64,000 nucleotides of DNA from Octopus vulgaris (Eukaryota): the NCBI GenBank assembly GCA_951406725.2, contig OX597830.1:40114001-40178000 (forward strand). Direction: 5' to 3'. Both the position numbers and the translations under genes were made by a program. This document shows, one piece after another, positions 14,182 to 27,760 of this stretch; within the stretch, counting starts at the first letter, position 1; the number at the start of each line of letters is the position of its first letter. The notes below the pieces were generated by a model. That model did not search any database. It was not told the origin of the DNA and saw only the letters and a program-made list of their open reading frames with translations.

Positions 14182-14508
14182 ATGGCTCAGTGGTTAGAGC
14201 GTCGAGCTTACGATCGTGAGGTTGTGAGCTCGAATCCCGGACCGGGCTGCGTGTTGTGTTCTTGAGCAAGGCACATTATTTCACGTTGCTCCAGTTTACT
14301 CAGCTGTAGAAATGAGTTGCGACGTCACTGGTGCCAAGCTGTATCGACCTTTGTCTTTCCCTTGGATAACACTGGTGTCGTGGAGAGGGAGGCTGGTATG
14401 CATGGGCGACTGCTGGTCTTCCATAAAACAACCTTGCCCGGACTTGTGTCTAGGAGGGTAACTTTCTAGGTGCAATCCCATGGTCATTCATGACCGAAGG
14501 GGGTCTCA
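14178..14508 (+). mobile_element. tRNA-derived SINE, family C
   Basis: A box tggctcagtggttaga, B-box-like gctcgaatccc, tail catgaccgaagggggtc; flanked by (TA)n; homologous to 58290-58935. Confidence 0.88.
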
Positions 14509-14509
14509 A

Positions 14510-14571
<62 letters not shown>

Positions 14572-14616
14572 TTATATATATATATATGTATGTATGTATA
14601 TATGTATATATATATG

Positions 14617-14671
<55 letters not shown>

Positions 14672-14687
14672 CATACATACATATATC

Positions 14688-14730
<43 letters not shown>

Positions 14731-15133
14731 TAAAAACAAATTCATTAGTTCACATCTTTTTCTATTTCCATTTCCTCTTCGCTTTGTCTTTCATCCTTAA
14801 CCCTTTGCCCTAACCCAAAAAAACCTAACCCTAAACTGTAACCTTAAACTCTATCCATAAACCTTATCCTTAAAATCCCAATTGTAAACTGGATTTCCTT
14901 TTTCTTTCGGGGCTCATATTTAATGCATCTAATTCCCATGTTTAAGACATCCAGTTCAGAAAAAAAAATGTAAACAGTGTTTCTTGGGCAACGCCTAAGA
15001 AATAATACGTTCAGCCTTTTTACTAAATTAGTTGAAATCGAATCAAAGTAATTATGCATAAAAGTCTTATTTCAAACACGTTGCTTTATTCGTAGCAGGG
15101 ATACATGGGTTTACTTCTTGAAATTGTATCTAC

Positions 15134-15209
<76 letters not shown>

Positions 15210-15212
<3 letters not shown>

Positions 15213-15413
15213 GTCCTATTGGTTAGGGTGTTGTCCTCACGATCCAGCGATTGTGATTTCAATTCCTAGGCCTGGTGGTGCGTTGTGTTCTTGACCGAAA
15301 CACTTCAGCTCACGCTGCTTAGCGATTACCTTCATACATGACGTGCGGTACACAATGTTCAGATAATGTCGATTTGACGGAGAGAGTGAGCTATTGTGCG
15401 GCAAGAACATTTG

Positions 15414-15420
<7 letters not shown>
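15210..15420 (+). mobile_element. SINE related to family C with a different 3' tail
   Basis: tRNA-like head then gcgttgtgttcttgaccgaaacac, then an unrelated tail ending catttgatcacta. Confidence 0.6.
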
Positions 15421-15454
<34 letters not shown>

Positions 15455-15495
15455 TTATATTATTATTTAACTGAACGCCACTCATCCATTTTCAA

Positions 15496-15534
<39 letters not shown>

Positions 15535-15535
<1 letters not shown>

Positions 15536-15899
15536 AGGGTGATTCAAAAGTCTCCGTACATAGGAAAAATTTATTTTTTATAAGTAAGTTTCGACGATCC
15601 CCTAGATTCCCTGTTCAGACCCCTCTTGATTTCTATCTTTGGGGGCATTTGAAAGCCATTGTGTATCGCGGAAAGATAAAAGACATAAACCATTTGAAGG
15701 AACGCATCACCAACTCCTTTACACGCATATCACAAGATGTGCTGTTACGCGTTCACAATAAGTGGGGTAAACCTATTGTAATCTGTATTCAAAACAATGA
15801 TAACCATAGCTTGTAAAATATTAAAAAACTGTTCTTATAAACTGTTTCTCATAAAAAAGATAAATTGTTCCTATGTATGGTAACTTTTGAATCACCCCC
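15535..15899 (+). mobile_element. Internally deleted Tc1/mariner-superfamily transposon
   Basis: TIRs CAGGGTGATTCAAAAGT..TACATAGGAA / TTCCTATGTA..ACTTTTGAATCACCC with TA flanks; transposase C-terminus TPLDFYLWGHLKAIVY. Confidence 0.88.
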
Positions 15900-15908
15900 T
15901 ATACATAC

Positions 15909-15968
<60 letters not shown>

Positions 15969-16061
15969 GGAAAGTTTAAGAAAATAAACAAAAGACGAAG
16001 ACAGGTGGTGTACAAAACAAACAGATGTATTAGTATAGCGCTCAGGAATAGAAAAAGTCGT

Positions 16062-16097
16062 CTTTTACGTTTCGAGCCTACGCTCTTCTACAGAAAG
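16062..16097 (-). ncRNA. Minimal hammerhead-like motif in a PLE-type repeat (about 15966-16152)
   Basis: cttt-CTGTAGA-A-gagc gtag gctc-GAA-ACGT-A-aaag; palindromic stem III; A6 is substituted. Confidence 0.5.
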
Positions 16098-16152
16098 GGA
16101 CACAGAAAAAACAAGGAGACAAAAAAAATGTGTGTAGTGGCTAACGATCTAT

Positions 16153-16249
<97 letters not shown>

Positions 16250-16299
16250 AGGTTGGCTATGTGGTAAGAAGCTTGCTTCTTACGGAGAGGCAAACAGCA

Positions 16300-16570
16300 G
16301 AGATGAGCCTAAAATAAAATATATATATATAGGAGCAACTGAACTAACATTCAAAAACTGATTTGATAAGCACAAACATATATTTCGCAGCCCTGATAAA
16401 AAAATGAAACCCGTCTTTGTCGAAATGCATATGGCTCTTGCGTGAGGCATGACCTCCCAAATTCAAAATAATCTTGTTCCTTGTAGATAAGACGCAACCG
16501 AACAAGAATGGCAGCTTAAAAATCAAAATACAGCGTGACCTTTGTTTGAGCGAAAATAAAGAATTTGTGG
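16300..16570 (+). mobile_element. Penelope-like GIY-YIG fragment
   Basis: KYIYIGATELTFKN followed by disrupted frames; similar to the motif near 980. Confidence 0.5.
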
Positions 16571-16910
16571 TTCAAAGTGGAAATGATGAGAACAAAAGAG
16601 CGCGGCGGTTAGCGCCTTGTATGCACGAGGCGAAGTAACCCTTGTGTAGATACCAGCTTTTTTGAAGTTCGCTCTGGTTTGAGGAAAACAGACGTTGGTT
16701 TCGAAATGTTTAAATAATATATGTATGTATATGTGTGTACGTGTACCTGTATGTGTGTATGAGTGTGTGTATGTATATAGGTATATATAGGTGGATGCAT
16801 TAGAACAACCCAGAGGGAAATATATTTATCACCAGCTATATAAACTCACGGTTGTTTGACGTGTAACGCACGAAACTCTCGGATCTTGAGTGACTATTAT
16901 TTCTGATAAA

Positions 16911-16989
<79 letters not shown>

Positions 16990-16990
<1 letters not shown>

Positions 16991-17295
16991 GAGGCGCAAT
17001 GGCCTAGTGGTTAGGGCAGCGGACTCGCGGTCGTAGGATCGCGGTTTCGATTCCCAGACCGGGCGTTGTGAGTGTTTATTGAGCGAAAACACCTAAAGCT
17101 CCACGAGGCTCTGGCAGGGGATTATGGCGATCCCTGCTGTACTCTTTCACCACAACTTTCTCTCACTCTTTCTACTGTTGGCCTGCTCGCTTAGCCAGCG
17201 GGGTGGCGTCATTTGAAGGCTAAAACAATGCGAAGCGCATTGAGACCAGCGATGTGTAACAACATCTGATGGCCTGGTCGGTCACGGTGATCACG

Positions 17296-17300
<5 letters not shown>
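16990..17300 (+). mobile_element. tRNA-derived SINE, family D
   Basis: Head tggcctagtggttagggcagcggactcgcgg...gtttcgattccc; tail ggtcggtcacggtgat(AT)n; second copy at 50388. Confidence 0.88.
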
Positions 17301-17343
<43 letters not shown>

Positions 17344-17359
17344 CATGTGTGAGTATGTA

Positions 17360-17998
17360 TGCAAATTTATAATTCATAGCTATATAATACTATTGCGCCT
17401 GCGATCCACCTATGTCACTGCTGGTGATATCATCAATTTTAAAATTTATCCACAGATGATATGAACAGTAGTGGCATCTGATTTCAAATCTCAGTGTTTG
17501 AATATTTTGCTTATAAATTTTTATGCACCATCTGCTCTGTTTTTGGCACAAAGCAAAACCAGTTGCACTGTCAGAGTTTAAGGTGACAGTTATGGATTAT
17601 TACCCGGTAGGCCACACTGATGAGGCTCAGGGTTTAACTACCCAAAAGTCGAAACCTGGTTTGTGGATATCCCTAATTGCATAATATTTTTTTTTTATTT
17701 TGTGCTGTTAAATGTTTTAATTTTTTCTGTTTTCCTCGCGTACTGTTTTTCTCTGTTATCTTGGTGCGGTACAGTGGATTAATCTAAGACTTTAGCTCTT
17801 ATTTCTAGCAGGTAAATGCTTGTTAAGCATCATTACGCTTCGTGCAAATTTATAATTCATAGCTATTTGATGGTCTTGTGCCTGCGATCCACCTATGTCA
17901 CTGCTGGTGATATCATCAATTTAAAAATTTATCCACAGATGATATGAACAATAGTGACATATGATTTCAAATTTCAGTGTTTAAATGTTTTGCTTTTA
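17360..17998 (+). mobile_element. Hammerhead-bearing repeat, 483-bp period (about 1.3 units); retrozyme/PLE-pLTR-like
   Basis: About 155-bp direct repeats at 17360-17513 and 17843-17998; hammerhead in the intervening part; microsatellite flanks. Confidence 0.75.
17612..17666 (+). ncRNA. Type I hammerhead ribozyme
   Basis: ccaca-CTGATGA-ggct..gggt.accc..agtc-GAA-ACC t GGT-T-tgtgg; intact core with stems I, II and III. Confidence 0.8.
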
Positions 17999-18002
17999 TG
18001 TG

Positions 18003-18071
<69 letters not shown>

Positions 18072-18096
18072 ACAACACTTTACCCATCGCGCCCTG

Positions 18097-18165
<69 letters not shown>

Positions 18166-18166
<1 letters not shown>

Positions 18167-18499
18167 CGGAGATGTACTCGCATAGCAAGTGATTTGATCT
18201 GAGATAGTGTGCTGGAACGAAAACAATAGCAGCGTGGAAGGTGTTTGTAAGCCATTTAAGAAATACACAAAAGCCGTTCGATTCACTTCAACATTTAAGT
18301 TTAATTAGTCCAAATTTTTCGTCGCTAAAATCCGCGACCTGTTCACTGACAAAAATCCGTGCTGCATTTTTGTCAGTGAATAGGTCGCGGATTTTAGCGA
18401 CGAAAATATTTTGACGAATTAAACTTAAATGTTGAAGTGAATCGAACGGCTTTTGTGTGTTTCTTAAATGGCTTACAAACACCTTCCACGCTGCAATTG

Positions 18500-18501
<2 letters not shown>
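18166..18501. repeat. Fold-back element with about 135-bp inverted arms, each carrying a hammerhead-like variant
   Basis: Arms 18222-18356 and 18366-18501 are near-perfect reverse complements with a 9-nt loop; (TA)n on both sides. Confidence 0.9.
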
Positions 18502-18552
<51 letters not shown>

Positions 18553-18555
18553 TTG

Positions 18556-19110
18556 GATGATGGGTAAAGTGTTGTCATTTTATATTTTTAATTTCGCGCA
18601 TTGTTTGTTTTTGATTTTGTTGACTACACAGTATAGTAGGGTCAGTTGGGCACCGTCTGTGAGAAAAACAGCACCATGACGCAATTCACTCGGCTAGAAA
18701 TTTGGAAACAACATGCTGTACTGCTTGGCATTCACGCCGGAAAAACTCCAATACGAACATTTCAAAGTGATTGGGTGTCAATTTGAGGACAGTGCAGAAG
18801 ATTCGGAAAGAGCTAGATGAGTTTAATGGTGATTACGAAGGTACAGCAGTACGGAAAGTTCAATCTGGTCGTTCTGATAAGAAAAGAACTCCTGAATTTG
18901 TTAGTGAGATCCAGGCCATAATTGATAACGACCAAGTCAATCAGGTCCATTTCCAGGGACATGGGAGTGTCTGAATTTCTTATCAGGCATGAAAATATTC
19001 ACTATTCTTCATACAAGATGAGGCAGGGCCAATTTTTATTCCAAACCATCAAAGACAAGCGGAAATACTGCACTATGCAGCTTTTGAACAAACTCAAGCA
19101 TCCCATCCAA
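18556..19110 (+). mobile_element. Tc1/mariner-superfamily transposon, 5' part (HTH region, disrupted)
   Basis: LGVNLRTVQKIRKEL..RSDKKRTPEFV..KSIRSISRDMGVSE; an inverted copy of its terminus lies at 18063-18098. Confidence 0.75.
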
Positions 19111-19490
19111 TATATATATATATATATATAATATAATATAATATAAGGGGAATGAATGTAAAAAATACATTACGCAGGATATATTGTAGACAATTCAAGA
19201 TTAGCCATATATATATATGTGTGTGTGTGTATCAAAACAGTCTGATTCAAATTCGTTGGTACTCCAAATGTGTCAAGCGTGATGCTACTACTCAGCTATT
19301 TTGAATTTGAATGAAGGAAGTTGATTGTTATTAACGAAAGATGAGCTGCGATTGGTCAAGGAAGGTCATGTGGTGTCGTGGTTTGATGTTGGTATAACCG
19401 TATATCAGTCAAGACAGTTAGTTGGAAAACACCGCATGGTGAACAGGAAATCGGCACACCGTCGTAAACTTCTATTCTTCTAAAAACCAT

Positions 19491-19630
19491 CTAGAATTGT
19501 CCAAGATACACCTTGACGGCATTGATGACTTTCTCCGGGACACGAATAAACCTCAGGACGAACTCGATTAATTTGTGTGGGACACGTCTGGGCGAGTTCG
19601 CCAAATCAAGCCGGATCACGTCAAGCCGGA
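19491..19630 (-). mobile_element. Short non-LTR RT fragment (RLE group, R2/NeSL/Hero-like)
   Basis: [22 protein letters not shown] resembles the RT motif WLDLANAYGSVPH. Confidence 0.55.
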
Positions 19631-19746
<116 letters not shown>

Positions 19747-19840
19747 TATACATATATATATATACATATATACACATATATACATATATACATATATATA
19801 TACATATATATACATATATATATACATATATATATACACA

Positions 19841-19886
<46 letters not shown>

Positions 19887-20010
19887 GTTATGGTATTTTC
19901 TGTTAAGAACGTGTATATATATATATACCTTCACCTTGCTTAACTAATTAAATAATGCCTTTTTAGCACTAAAGATACACTTCTATTTGCTATTTTCTCA
20001 TCGTCTCTCA

Positions 20011-20093
<83 letters not shown>

Positions 20094-20302
20094 AATGTAT
20101 GTATGTATGTATGTATGTTGTATGTTGTATGTACATGTATATACACTCATTTATACATGCCTATTTAGAATTCTTTTTTTCTTGGCACACCAGTTTATTC
20201 TATTTATGTCAACTCTATTGAAGTGATTTTTTTGCCAAAATTGACCGTCTCTTATTCTAGTATATTATTCTATATGCATAAAACAACAACGCCATCTCTC
20301 TT

Positions 20303-20337
<35 letters not shown>

Positions 20338-20507
20338 AATGCCCAGGAATTTCGATAGTATACAACATCAAACAGCAGATTTTCTGGAACAACAATTCCA
20401 GAGCCAAAAATGAATCAATGTGTCCACTGGAATTGTTTACTGCCTAAATTATTTACAATGTACTTTATAATGAAAATATTTACTCTTTATTTCTCTCACT
20501 CTTTTTA

Positions 20508-20584
<77 letters not shown>

Positions 20585-20923
20585 GTGTGCGTGCGTGTGT
20601 GTTAATGTTTGTTTGCATGTTTGGTTATAATAAAAGCAACGTTACATTATTCCGTATGGTTACTCTAAACTTTTGTAGATGGCTTAAACGGCCGAAACTT
20701 CGAAGTCACTGTCAACAATATTGATTTGGTTCAATAGTAGAGTGCCTTTCCTGTATATAGATGTGAGTTCGAGTCCTACGGGCGGCCTTCCACTTTTTTT
20801 CTATCCAATATTTATGCGCTTTTATTTAGAACTTTTTGTCTTTTATTTTTTACTTGTTTCAGTCATTACACGGCGGCCATGCTGGGGCACCAACTATTCT
20901 ATTAAAGCTGAAAGTTTTTCACA

Positions 20924-20965
20924 AACTGTTATTCAGAGTTTCATGTGACCGTTCATCGGGCAGTT
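20924..20965 (-). ncRNA. Degenerate minimal hammerhead (U4C core)
   Basis: aactgc-CCGATGA-acg gtca cat-GAA-actctgaat-A-acagtt. Confidence 0.5.
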
Positions 20966-20994
20966 GTGATGATACTGAATATTAAGTTATGTGA

Positions 20995-21460
20995 GTATAT
21001 ATATTATAATACTACATAATATAATAAAATATATGATAAAATATGATATAATAAAATATAAAACAATACAATATAATACAATATAAAATAATACTATATT
21101 ATATAACATGATATAATATAACATATGATATGATATATGTAATATAATATCATATAATATAATGTGATATTATATAATACAATATAATATATGATGTAAT
21201 ATATGATATAATACAATATAATATATGTAACAATATGATATGATATAATATATGATATGATACAATATAATATATAATATGATATGATATAATGTAATAT
21301 GATATGATTATATGAAATGATATAATGTAATATAATATGATATATGATGTAATCTATGATTTGATACGATATGATATGATAGTATATAATGTAATATTAT
21401 GATATGATATGATATAATATAATATATGATATGATATGATATGATACGATATAATATAGT
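20995..21460. repeat. (ATATA/ATATG)n pentanucleotide satellite
   Basis: Imperfect 5-bp periodicity over about 460 bp. Confidence 0.9.
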
Positions 21461-21504
21461 CTTTACAGTTCAACGAAGAAGCATTTCATTATTTGTTAAG
21501 GAAA

Positions 21505-21725
21505 AGGCGGTGAGGTGGAAGAATTGTTAACACGCTGGACGAAATGCTTAGCGGTATTTAGCCCGTCGCTACGTTCTTGAGTTCAAATTCCGCCGAGGTT
21601 GACTTTGCCTTTCAACCTTTAGGGGTCAATAAAATAAGTACCATTTGAACATTGGGGTCGATGTAACCAACTCATCCCTCTCCCCCAAAATTGCTGGCCT
21701 TGTGGCAAAATTTGAAATCATTATT
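21505..21725 (+). mobile_element. SINE family A, full length, tail type gctggccttgtggcaaaatttgaaa
   Basis: Complete head, core and tail; catt(atttgttaag) duplicated at both flanks as a TSD-like sequence. Confidence 0.9.
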
Positions 21726-22290
21726 TGTTAAGATTATTTCTACAGATGATCTTTAGAAAATTATAGCCAGCACTGATTTTTTGCTACTACGTTTCTTATT
21801 CAAGACGTCAGATATAAACAAACAGTGTGATTGAAGGTGCAAAAGGGTAATTGGCATATCTGATTGGATAACAAATTTCAAAGGAAAAATATAACGATGT
21901 AAAACTGACTGCCAGTTGAGGCTGACCTTAGTGTGACGGTCGTCCCAACAGAACCTGGGCTATCAGAAAAAAAAGCGCTCTATACTTTTTAAAAAGCGTT
22001 GTTCTCTACACGATTCAGTCACTTCACTCAACTTCACACACAGGAACTTCTTGGAAAACACGTCATAGAAAAAAGTTCTGCGACTATGTAGATCATTAGC
22101 ACATCAGCTTGTCCAACTGAAAGTATACAATTACAAATCTGTACATAGACGACTGAAGGTATTAATCGCTTCTTTCGCAAACTGTGACGATGCTGAGATG
22201 CGACAGCACCTCTAGTGATTGAGAAACCCTTTGCAAGAGTAACACAACTCAGCTACTACCCAGAAATCATCTTGACACGGAGCTCTTGAC

Positions 22291-22481
22291 CAGTGCTCCG
22301 CAACCGGTATGTCGCGGCAGACTGGTGTGCCACGAGATGATGCTTGGTGTGCCGCAGTGTAACCTGAATGTAAATTGTTTTCCCTATTCTTTTAATTATT
22401 TTTTAGTTCAGGTGTGCTGCCGAATTTTGAAAAGAATATAAGTGTACCGCAAGAGAAAAAAGGTGGGGTAGCGGAGCACTG
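22291..22481. mobile_element. hAT-type MITE
   Basis: TIR CAGTGCTCCGC/GCGGAGCACTG; 8-bp flanks ctcttgac/ctcaagac; internal tgtgccgc subterminal motifs. Confidence 0.8.
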
Positions 22482-22730
22482 CTCAAGACACAGATTGCTA
22501 AATTCTGGAACTGGCAAGTAACATTACGACTAGTGATCGTCCTCACTTTGCAGACTTTTATGGTAAAATTCAAGAAATTTGCAACTTACCGAAAAGTGAT
22601 TAAACTCATGACAACGAGTTTTTTTTTTTTTTATCAAGAAACTACGTTGCATTGACGGTAAACATCTCGAATGAGATCGGCAATTAGCACACGGCAATGG
22701 TTCGGCGTATATTTATATCAACAGCTTTAA

Positions 22731-24292
<1,562 letters not shown>

Positions 24293-24386
24293 TTATCAAA
24301 TAAAGCTCAATATTCTTCTAGCCATCGCTCATCGTCTCCTTTTAACCAAATCCAGTGGGTTGCCTTTTCCACTGTGCGCACAAATA

Positions 24387-24460
<74 letters not shown>

Positions 24461-24910
24461 TACATACATAAACATACACACATACATATATGTATATATG
24501 AATGATTCAGTTCCTGGCCAGAACTGAAATTTCAGTTCAAGTCTGTTTAAACTTACTGGTCACTTTGTTATTATTGTTATTTTCGATAAGGGTAGTAATA
24601 CTTTATTAAATTTTAAATCTTTTTACTCACTTTACGTTCGTTTTTGAATATCGCGAGGGAATTCAAGTGAACAAACGTGCACAGTGCAATGAAATGAATA
24701 TTTTGAAAAATAGATGAATACAGTAAGCTTAACTGATAGATCCGTTCATTGCACTTAAATTTTGCAGTCTGAAATTGTAATGTATTAAACTTTAATAAAT
24801 ACCGACATCAGGCAAGAACAAAAAGATTACAAGTGGGAATACATCTGAAATTCAATAATCTTATTTACTAATGTTTATACAACACTTAGGTGAAATTGTT
24901 CACTAGAGTG

Positions 24911-24973
<63 letters not shown>

Positions 24974-25078
24974 ACATCACGATCAGGAACAGCCATAATA
25001 GGCCATTCACCCACACCAAAGCTTCAACTGCAAAACATCAATTCCAAACAGGAGAAAATTAAAAACGTTTACCCTGCA

Positions 25079-25177
25079 ATTTCTTATATACCGTTTCGTC
25101 TACTGTTTAATGGTAAAACTAATCTGATTAAATTAAATACCAATCTTCCATAGGCCTTAGATTCATCAGTAAGAAAT
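25079..25177 (-). ncRNA. Hammerhead ribozyme copy with a stem III deletion
   Basis: Reverse complement of 25661-25768; stem III reads ACGGTATA instead of ACGGTGCATCGTA. Confidence 0.6.
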
Positions 25178-25660
25178 AGCCATATCGGAACAGATATTTT
25201 CACGAGGCATTTCTGTTGCTGCCTCGGCAATATCTGACCTAAAATTTTCAAATCATCAGACTGCGCCAAATTTATCGGCAGCAAATAAATATAAGCCGCC
25301 GATTCCATTACGGAATTAACCAGAAAATTCATAATTAATCAATATAGGTGGCAAAAAATTTTGTAAAATTTTTTTTGCCACCAGCGGCCTAGCGGGAAAA
25401 AATTAAATAGTCATAGACCATTTATAAGTTCAACATCACGATCAAGGAACAGCCATAATAGGCCATTCACCCACTAGAAATAACAGCCAAAGCTTCAACC
25501 GCAAAATAACATCAATTCCGTAAACAGGAGAAAATCGGCGGCTTATATTTATTTGCTGCCGATAAATTTGGCGCGAGTCTGATGATTTGAAAATTTTAGG
25601 TCAGATATTGCCGAGGCAGCAACAGAAATGCCTCGTGAAAATATCTGTTCCGATATGGCT

Positions 25661-25768
25661 ATTTCTTACTGATGAATCTAAGGGCCTATGGAAGATTGGC
25701 TTGATTTAATTTAATCAGGTTAGTTTTACCATTAAACAGTAGACGAAACGGTGCATCGTATAAGAAAT
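25661..25768 (+). ncRNA. Type I hammerhead ribozyme
   Basis: atttctta-CTGATGA-a-tcta...taga-c-GAA-ACGGTGCATCGT-A-taagaaat; 8-bp stem I, self-complementary stem III, GUA site. Confidence 0.85.
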
Positions 25769-26147
25769 TGCAGGGTAAACGTTTTTTTAATTTTCTCCTG
25801 TTTACGGAATTAATGTTATTTTGCGGTTGAAGCTTTGGCTGTTATTTCTAGTGGGTGAATGGCCTATTATGGCTATTCCTTGATCGTGATGTTGAACTTA
25901 TAAATGGTCTATGACTATTTAATTTTTTCCCGCTAGGCCGCTGGTAGCAAAAAATTCTACAAAATTTTTTGCCACCCTATATTGATTAATTATGAATTTT
26001 CTGGTTAATTCCGTAATGGAATCGGCGGCTTATATTTATTTGCTGCCGATAAATTTGGCGCGAGTCTGATGATTTGAAAATTTTAGGTCAGATATTGCCG
26101 AGGCAGCAACAGAAATGCCTCGTGAAAATATCTGTTCCGATATGGCT

Positions 26148-26255
26148 ATTTCTTACTGATGAATCTAAGGGCCTATGGAAGATTGGCTTGATTTAATTTA
26201 ATCAGGTTAGTTTTACCATTAAACAGTAGACGAAACGGTGCATCGTATAAGAAAT
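26148..26255 (+). ncRNA. Type I hammerhead ribozyme (tandem copy)
   Basis: Appears identical to 25661-25768, 487 bp downstream. Confidence 0.85.
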
Positions 26256-26474
26256 TGCAGGGTAAACGTTTTTTTAAATTTTCTCCTGTTTACGGAATTG
26301 ATGTTATTTTGCGGTTGAAGCTTTGGCTGTTATTTCTAGTGGGTGAATGGCCTATTATGGCTGTTCCTTGATCGTGATGTTGAACTTATAAATGGTCTAT
26401 GACTATTTAATTTTTTCCCGCTAGGCCGCTGGTGGCAAAAAAATTCTACAAAATTTTTTGCCACCCTATATTGA

Positions 26475-26520
<46 letters not shown>

Positions 26521-26576
26521 TTGTGTATGTGTGTGCATACATATATGTGTGTGTGTGTGCGTTTGTGTGTGTATGT

Positions 26577-26637
<61 letters not shown>

Positions 26638-26896
26638 CGCGTATGTGCAATTTTGTTTGTCGATTTGGAACATTGGGATCCGAAACAGGTAAGCTATGGC
26701 GTGCAAATATTGAGTTTAAAAATTAACTTTTGGATGGAAACAGATGAAGACTGCCCATGTGACACGGGTCCACATCTCCTGTAAGTATAAGTCTTCTATC
26801 ATTGGACAGTTATAGCTTATCTGCTTCAAGATTCAACGTTCCAGAAAAGAATTATTTCATGCCTTGAAATTCATAAATTCCTATGAGGTTAACAAT

Positions 26897-27315
26897 GTAT
26901 GTATGTATGTATGTATGTATGTATGTATGTATGATGTATGCATGATGTATGTATGTATGTATGTATGTATATACGTATGTATGTATATGTTCAGATTTGT
27001 ATATTTTGTTTTATGTATGTATTCTCATGCATATAATTGCATATCTAGACATGCTCGTATATACTTAGACTTCTGGAAAGTTTTGCAGATTTTTACCGTT
27101 CCAGTAATGGATTGGATCTATAGTCTTCAAATAAGCTTCCTCCTTTTTGGTTTTGAGAAGCCTAATTTCTCAAGATTGGTATTTGGCTAGTGTGTTACAT
27201 ATCCCAGAGTCCTAATAATTATAGGTATAAACCTGAAGTTGTAATCTGGATAGAGTAGCTATCTTTACCTTTATGTTAACATCCGCTGGGCAGCTGATTT
27301 CTACAATTGTACATG
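26897..27315 (-). mobile_element. RLE-type LINE 3' end with a (CATA)n tail
   Basis: Minus strand CTIVEISCPADVNIKVK..FIPIII..LG..QSITGTVKICKTF; ends in (TATG)n on the plus strand. Confidence 0.7.
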
Positions 27316-27499
27316 ATAAGACATGATGTTGTAGCTAGGAGACTCTATAACTAGATCCGTCGGAAGGAACCTTGAGGCTAAAGAAATAAAAACCTACAGT
27401 ATGGTAGAAGCCATAGTCACTCATAATAAAAAAGAGTACTGGTGAAATGCCTTTGTGAAAGCCTCAATAAAATGTTAACATAATATACCTGACATAGTA

Positions 27500-27760
27500 A
27501 TTTGGGATCAAGAAAAGGAAATGTGTACAATTGCGAAGGTTGCCTGTGTTATGTTCAGTAGCTTTGATGGATACTGTGAAATCCTGGGTCTCGCACTTAT
27601 CTAGGTGTTTATGAAATGTTTGTAAGTACATATTCCTTGATGTGAATGTACAGTTTTCCGGTGGTGTCCCTAAATAAGATGCACCACATTGTTTGCAGAC
27701 TACCTCAAATACCACACAGGTCCTTGAGCATATTTTTAAGTGGTTGATGCGGCTATATGT
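27500..27760 (-). mobile_element. Penelope-like GIY-YIG fragment
   Basis: VFEVVCKQCGASYLG..HKHLDKC, matching the VY.I.C..C...YIG pattern. Confidence 0.6.

Larger units (their letters stand above)
24971..26480. mobile_element. Retrozyme-like array: 487-bp hammerhead unit, about 1.2 copies inverted and about 1.95 copies direct
   Basis: cggcggcttatatt recurs at 25536 and 26023; 24971-25535 is the reverse complement; (TA)n on both flanks; no credible ORF. Confidence 0.85.

Noticed and set aside
14178-14250. tRNA-like sequences here and at 16990, 21505 and 58600
   Set aside because: They are SINE heads that continue into multi-copy bodies; no complete cloverleaf is evident
14797-14880. Telomere-like taaccc repeats
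   Set aside because: Few, degenerate and irregularly spaced; more likely part of an interspersed repeat than an interstitial telomere
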